Source: an uncultured delta proteobacterium
GTDB taxonomy: Bacteria; Myxococcota; Myxococcia; Myxococcales; Myxococcaceae
DNA length: 64,000 nt
Direction of reading: 5' to 3'
Assembly: GCA_963776345.1 (NCBI GenBank)
Contig: CAVZMH010000013.1
Location: 96,001-160,000, forward strand
A program made the position numbers and the translations under genes. Shown here piece after piece: positions 60,265 to 64,000 of this stretch. Below the pieces are notes generated by a model. That model did not search any database. It was not told the DNA's origin and saw only the letters and a list, made by a program, of their open reading frames with translations. Within the stretch, counting starts at the first letter, position 1. Each line of letters begins with the position of its first letter.

Positions 60265-60489
60265 TGACCCTACCGGGATTCGAAACCGCCGCGCGCAGCA
60301 CCGCCGCCCGCACCTCGGCGAGCGGACAGGTCGAATCGATCGCCGGCCGGAAATGTCCTTGCTCTGCACCGGCGAGCACCGCACCCACCACTTCCGGACC
60401 TCGCCCGGGGCGGGGGCAGCACCCTCCGCCTCGACGAGGCGAAGGACCTCGGCGGGCTCGCCGAACCGCTCGAACTGGACGATGCGCAT
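60265..60489 (-). pseudogene. Remnant of an MDR-family (quinone/enoyl reductase-like) gene with a large internal deletion
   Basis: MRIVQFERFGEPAEVLRLVE...PAPGEVR (MDR N-terminus) joined out of frame near 60394 to GHFRPAIDSTCPLAEVRAA (MDR C-terminus-like). Confidence 0.6.
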
Positions 60490-60534
60490 CTCCTGGCGCC
60501 GGGACGCTACAACGTCCTGGCCGACCGGGCGTCC

Positions 60535-61305
60535 CTACCGCGGTGCCGGCTCGGCGGGACGCGGCCCGTCGCCGTACGTCACCGCGACCAGGGTCAGCCC
60601 GTGCGCCGGCGCCGTCGGTCCGGCCAGGGTGCGGTCCTTCGCCGCGAGCACCTCGCCGACCCAGCCGGGCGGGCGCTTGCCGCGGCCCACCTCCACCAGC
60701 GAGCCGACGATGTTCCGCACCATGTGCCTGAGGAACGCCGTCCCCTCCACCTCGATGCGAAGCACCTCGCCCTCCTCGTGCAGCTCCAGCTCCCGCAGCG
60801 TGCGCCGCGGGTGCGGCGCCTCGCAGTCCGCGGCCCGGAAGCTCGAGAAGTCGTGCGTCCCGAGCAGCGCCGGGGCCGAGACCCGCATCGCCCGGAGGTC
60901 CAGCGGGGTGAAGACCTCCCAGTGCGTCCGGCGGAGGAGCGGAGCGCGACCGGGGCGGCGCGAGACGAGGTACCGGTAACGCTTCCCCGTCGCCCAGCGG
61001 CGCGGATCGAAGGTGTCGGACACCTCCTCGGCCGCCACCACCGCCACGTCGTCCGGCAACAGCGACGAGAGCCCGCGCAGGTACGCCTTCGCCGGCAGCA
61101 CCCGCGGCGCATCGAAGGCGACCACCTGCCCCAGCGCATGCACCCCGGCGTCGGTCCGCCCCGCCGCCGCGGCGGTCACCGGCGCGCCGTGGAGCTCGAC
61201 CAGCGCCGACTCGAGTACCGCCTGCACGCTCCGCCCGTTCAGCTGGCGCTGCCAGCCCACGAAGTCGGTGCCGTCGTACTCGAGCGTGAGCCGGACGCGG
61301 GGCAT
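60535..61305 (-). CDS. truA: tRNA pseudouridine(38-40) synthase
   Basis: LEYDGTDFVGWQRQ, AGRTDAGVHA.GQV, GTHDFSSFR and FLRHMVR motifs. Confidence 0.96.
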   Translation of the reverse strand: MPRVRLTLEYDGTDFVGWQRQLNGRSVQAVLESALVELHGAPVTAAAAGRTDAGVHALGQVVAFDAPRVLPAKAYLRGLSSLLPDDVAVVAAEEVSDTFDPRRWATGKRYRYLVSRRPGRAPLLRRTHWEVFTPLDLRAMRVSAPALLGTHDFSSFRAADCEAPHPRRTLRELELHEEGEVLRIEVEGTAFLRHMVRNIVGSLVEVGRGKRPPGWVGEVLAAKDRTLAGPTAPAHGLTLVAVTYGDGPRPAEPAPR

Positions 61306-62453
61306 CAGCGGTACTTCAGCCAGCCGCGCAGCACGTCCCGGGCCAGCTCCTCCAGCGTGAGCCCGTTGCGCTCGGCCACGGACTCCAGCGCCTTCCGGTC
61401 CGCGTCATCGAGGTGAAGGCGCAGCGCCCGCCCGCCGCGGGGTGCGTCCCCGTCGGAGGCGAGCGTGTCCGAGGCCCGCGTCAACCGCGCGCGCTCCGCC
61501 TCCAGCTCGTCGGAGAAGAGCTGCTTCAGGAAGTTCGCCAGGTGCATGCTCGAGGGCCGGAACTCGCTCTCCCCGAGCAGATGGTCCAGGTCCCGCTGCA
61601 TCTCCCAGGCGCTGGGGTAGCGCCGGTCGCGGTCCTTCTCCAGCGCCCGCATCACCACCGCCTCCACCTCGGGCGGGATGTCGGGCTTGAAGTAGCTCGG
61701 ACCGTAGATCTTCCCCTCGCTGATGCTCCGCAGCACCGCCACCTCGGAGTCGCCGGTGAAGAGCCGCAAGCCCGTCAGCCACTCGTAGAGGACGACGCCC
61801 AGGGAGAAGATGTCACTCCGGCAATCCAGCGGGTTCCCCAGCGCCTGCTCCGGGCTCATGTAGCTCAGCTTGCCCTTGATCTCCCCGGCCGTGGTCTCGC
61901 CGGTCTGCCCGCGCGCCTTGGCGATGCCGAAGTCGAGGATCTTCACCGTCCCGTCGAAGGAGACGAAGACGTTCTCCGGCGTCACGTCGCGGTGCACGAT
62001 GTGCAGCGGGTTCCCCCAGGCGTCGGCCCGCTGGTGCGCGTAGTGCAGCCCCTCGCAGACGCTGGAGGCGATCTTCAGCGCGTACACCATCGGGAAGGCG
62101 ATGCCCATCCGCTCGGCCTTGGGGATGATCCGCGCCATGTCCCGGCCGAACACGTACTCCATGGCGATGAAGTAGCTGTCGTCGACCTGCCCCAGCTCGT
62201 GGATCTGCACGATGTTCGGGTGATTGAGCTGCGCCGCGAGCCGGGCCTCGTCGAGGAACATCGCCACGAAGCTCTTCTGCTTCGACAGGTGCGGGCGGAT
62301 CCGCTTGATGACCACCGTCTTCTCGAAGCCCTCCATCCCCTCCTGCCGGGCGAGGAAGATCTCCGCCATCCCGCCCACCGCCAGGCGGTCGAGCAGGACG
62401 TACTTTCCGAACCGGAGGCCGCCGGTGCGCTGCGCGGGAGGGTTCTGGGTCAA
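61305..62453 (-). CDS. Cytoplasmic Ser/Thr protein kinase with a short C-terminal RHH-like segment
   Basis: GGMAEIF, VVIKRI, HRDVTPEN, DFG and YMSPE motifs; tail LRLHLDDADRKALESVAERNGLTLEELARDVL. Confidence 0.9.
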   Translation of the reverse strand: MTQNPPAQRTGGLRFGKYVLLDRLAVGGMAEIFLARQEGMEGFEKTVVIKRIRPHLSKQKSFVAMFLDEARLAAQLNHPNIVQIHELGQVDDSYFIAMEYVFGRDMARIIPKAERMGIAFPMVYALKIASSVCEGLHYAHQRADAWGNPLHIVHRDVTPENVFVSFDGTVKILDFGIAKARGQTGETTAGEIKGKLSYMSPEQALGNPLDCRSDIFSLGVVLYEWLTGLRLFTGDSEVAVLRSISEGKIYGPSYFKPDIPPEVEAVVMRALEKDRDRRYPSAWEMQRDLDHLLGESEFRPSSMHLANFLKQLFSDELEAERARLTRASDTLASDGDAPRGGRALRLHLDDADRKALESVAERNGLTLEELARDVLRGWLKYR

Positions 62454-62471
62454 CGCTCCGAGGTTAGCACC

Positions 62472-63437
62472 CTAGAACCGGAGGACCCGGACCTTGAGGT
62501 GCGGCTCCTCGCCGGGAGCGGCCGGAAAGTCGATCTCCGAGGCCCCGGGACGGGCCACCTCCTCCGCCGTCCGCGCCGCCCGTCGCACACCCTCCGCCAG
62601 CGCCGCCTCGAACCGGCGCCCCGGAAGCGCCGCCACGTTGCAGGCGGCAAGCAGCCAGCCGCCCGGAGCGATCAGCGGCGCAGCCCGGGCCACGAGGTCC
62701 GGCCAGTCCCGCGACGCGGAGAAGGTGCCCGTCCGCCCCCGGGCGAAGCCGGGGGGATCCAGCACCACCGCGTCGAAGCGCTCGCCCCGCTTGCCGAGGC
62801 GGCGCAGCCAGTCGAAGACGTCTCCCGCCAGGCGGTCGGTCGGTGGAGGCGACTGTCCGTTCAGCCGCGCGTTCTCCTCGCCCCACCCGAGCGAGCGCCG
62901 GCTGAGGTCGACGTCGACCGCGCGCGTCGCGCCACCGGCCCGCGCGGCCACCCCGAAGGCACCGGTGTAGGCGAAGCAGTTGAGGAGCGTCCTCCCCCGC
63001 GCATGGGCCCGGACCCAGCCCCGCGCCTCGCGCATGTCGAGGTAGAGCCCGACCGCGAGCCCCTCGCCGGGACGGATGCGGAACAGGAGCCCCTGCTCGA
63101 GGACGTCCACGGACTCCACCGGCTCGCCGCGGAACGGCAGGGCCGGGGCGCGCGCCGCCCGCTCCTCGCCCCCGAGCGTGCCCGCCTCCCGGGGCCGTCG
63201 CTTGAGGTACACCGCTCGCAGGGGGACGAGCTCCATCGCCGCATCCGCCACCGGCGCCGGGTCCTGCGCGCCGTAGGTGCTGAGGACGGCGACCTCGCCG
63301 AACAGGTCGAGCGTCAGCCCCGGAGTGCCGTCGCCCGCGGCGTTGAGCCAGCGGAAGGCGGTGGTCCGGCCGTCCTCCCGGAGCGGCGCGCGCCGCCGCA
63401 GCGCCCGGGCGAGGAGCGCCCGCACGCCTCCGCTCAT
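62472..63437 (-). CDS. Class I SAM-dependent rRNA methyltransferase (RlmI/RlmK-like)
   Basis: GLYLDMRE.R, LLNCFAYTG.F, VDLS and FDAVVLDPPGF motifs. Confidence 0.88.
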   Translation of the reverse strand: MSGGVRALLARALRRRAPLREDGRTTAFRWLNAAGDGTPGLTLDLFGEVAVLSTYGAQDPAPVADAAMELVPLRAVYLKRRPREAGTLGGEERAARAPALPFRGEPVESVDVLEQGLLFRIRPGEGLAVGLYLDMREARGWVRAHARGRTLLNCFAYTGAFGVAARAGGATRAVDVDLSRRSLGWGEENARLNGQSPPPTDRLAGDVFDWLRRLGKRGERFDAVVLDPPGFARGRTGTFSASRDWPDLVARAAPLIAPGGWLLAACNVAALPGRRFEAALAEGVRRAARTAEEVARPGASEIDFPAAPGEEPHLKVRVLRF

Positions 63438-64000
63438 GCCAGCGCGCGACGGACCGCGGAGGCCTCGGCGAGCAGCGGGAGCAGCTCGTTGCCCAGGAGC
63501 TGTCCCTCCCGCACCACCACCCGCCCGTTCACCACCGTCCAGGCGACGGGCGCCCGCATCGAGGCCGCCATGAGCTCGATCGGATCCTCGGCCTGGGGCA
63601 GCAGGTCGACCAGCACCAGGTCCGCCAGGGACCCCGGGGTGATCCGGCCGGCGGGGCGACGGAACACTCGCTCCAGGAAGCCGGCCGGCCCCTCGCTCAG
63701 CACCTCGGGGACGCGCTCGCGCGCCCAGAGCCGCCCGATCCGCGCCGCGCGGTGCGCGAGGATGCGCCCCGCCGTCCACTGCTCGCGGAGATCTCCGACC
63801 CCCGCGCTGGCGAGGGCGACCCGGTGCGCCGGCTGCCAGACCGCCTCGAAGCCGTGCTGCTCTCCGAGTAGATCAGCCAGCGGGCTCCAGGCCACCAGCA
63901 CCGAGGTCTCCGCCAGCCGCTGCGCCTCGGCCCCCTCCACGGCCCGGGCGTGCGCGGCCACGGTCGTCGGCCCGAGCAGCCCGTGGCGATCGAGCCGCTC
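63434..64000 (-). CDS. Amidohydrolase family protein (SsnA-like), 5' part outside the window
   Basis: GLLGPTTVAAH, GRITPGSLADLVLVD and TVVNGRVVVREG C-terminal motifs. Confidence 0.7.
   Translation of the reverse strand, partial: ERLDRHGLLGPTTVAAHARAVEGAEAQRLAETSVLVAWSPLADLLGEQHGFEAVWQPAHRVALASAGVGDLREQWTAGRILAHRAARIGRLWARERVPEVLSEGPAGFLERVFRRPAGRITPGSLADLVLVDLLPQAEDPIELMAASMRAPVAWTVVNGRVVVREGQLLGNELLPLLAEASAVRRALA

Overview
A GC-rich (roughly 70-75% by eye), gene-dense chromosomal window. Gene content and order point to a myxobacterium (Myxococcales-like; inferred). In order, it contains: (1) 1-10.6 kb, the end of a Wzx/Wzy-type exopolysaccharide locus (GT4, acyltransferase-3, GH9, a short BY-pseudokinase-like protein, a co-polymerase, a 56-aa membrane ORF below the ORF-track cut-off, a Wzy-like polymerase, a flavoprotein and an ATP-grasp ligase). 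(2) 10.7-16.2 kb, a five-gene mevalonate operon (fni, mvaA, mvk, mvaD, PMK). (3) 16-29 kb, signalling and coiled-coil genes, including a tightly packed operon of methyltransferase-like/coiled-coil protein, dapF, degenerate GGDEF protein and receiver-DUF4388-GTPase-like protein. (4) 29-39 kb, the hpt / spoVG-prs / rplY-pth-rpsF-rpsR-rplI-dnaB block, interrupted by a receiver, a pseudokinase-kinase and an MpaB/Lcp-like oxygenase. (5) A wHTH-hydrolase/esterase/mddA cassette, thiD, a C26 peptidase and thiE, with a 60-bp tandem repeat. (6) clpB, then an accessory block (lipoprotein, putative OMP, POTRA-less Omp85, membrane protein, fabI, DUF3141 PhaC-like protein). (7) A META lipoprotein, D-amino acid oxidase, a frameshifted phytoene-desaturase-like gene, an internally deleted MDR remnant, truA, a kinase with an RHH-like tail, an rRNA methyltransferase and a partial amidohydrolase. 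I saw no tRNA, rRNA, CRISPR array, transposase, integrase or phage genes. No clearly new system can be proven from sequence alone. The best candidates are listed as findings. All family calls come from motif recognition, not database searches.
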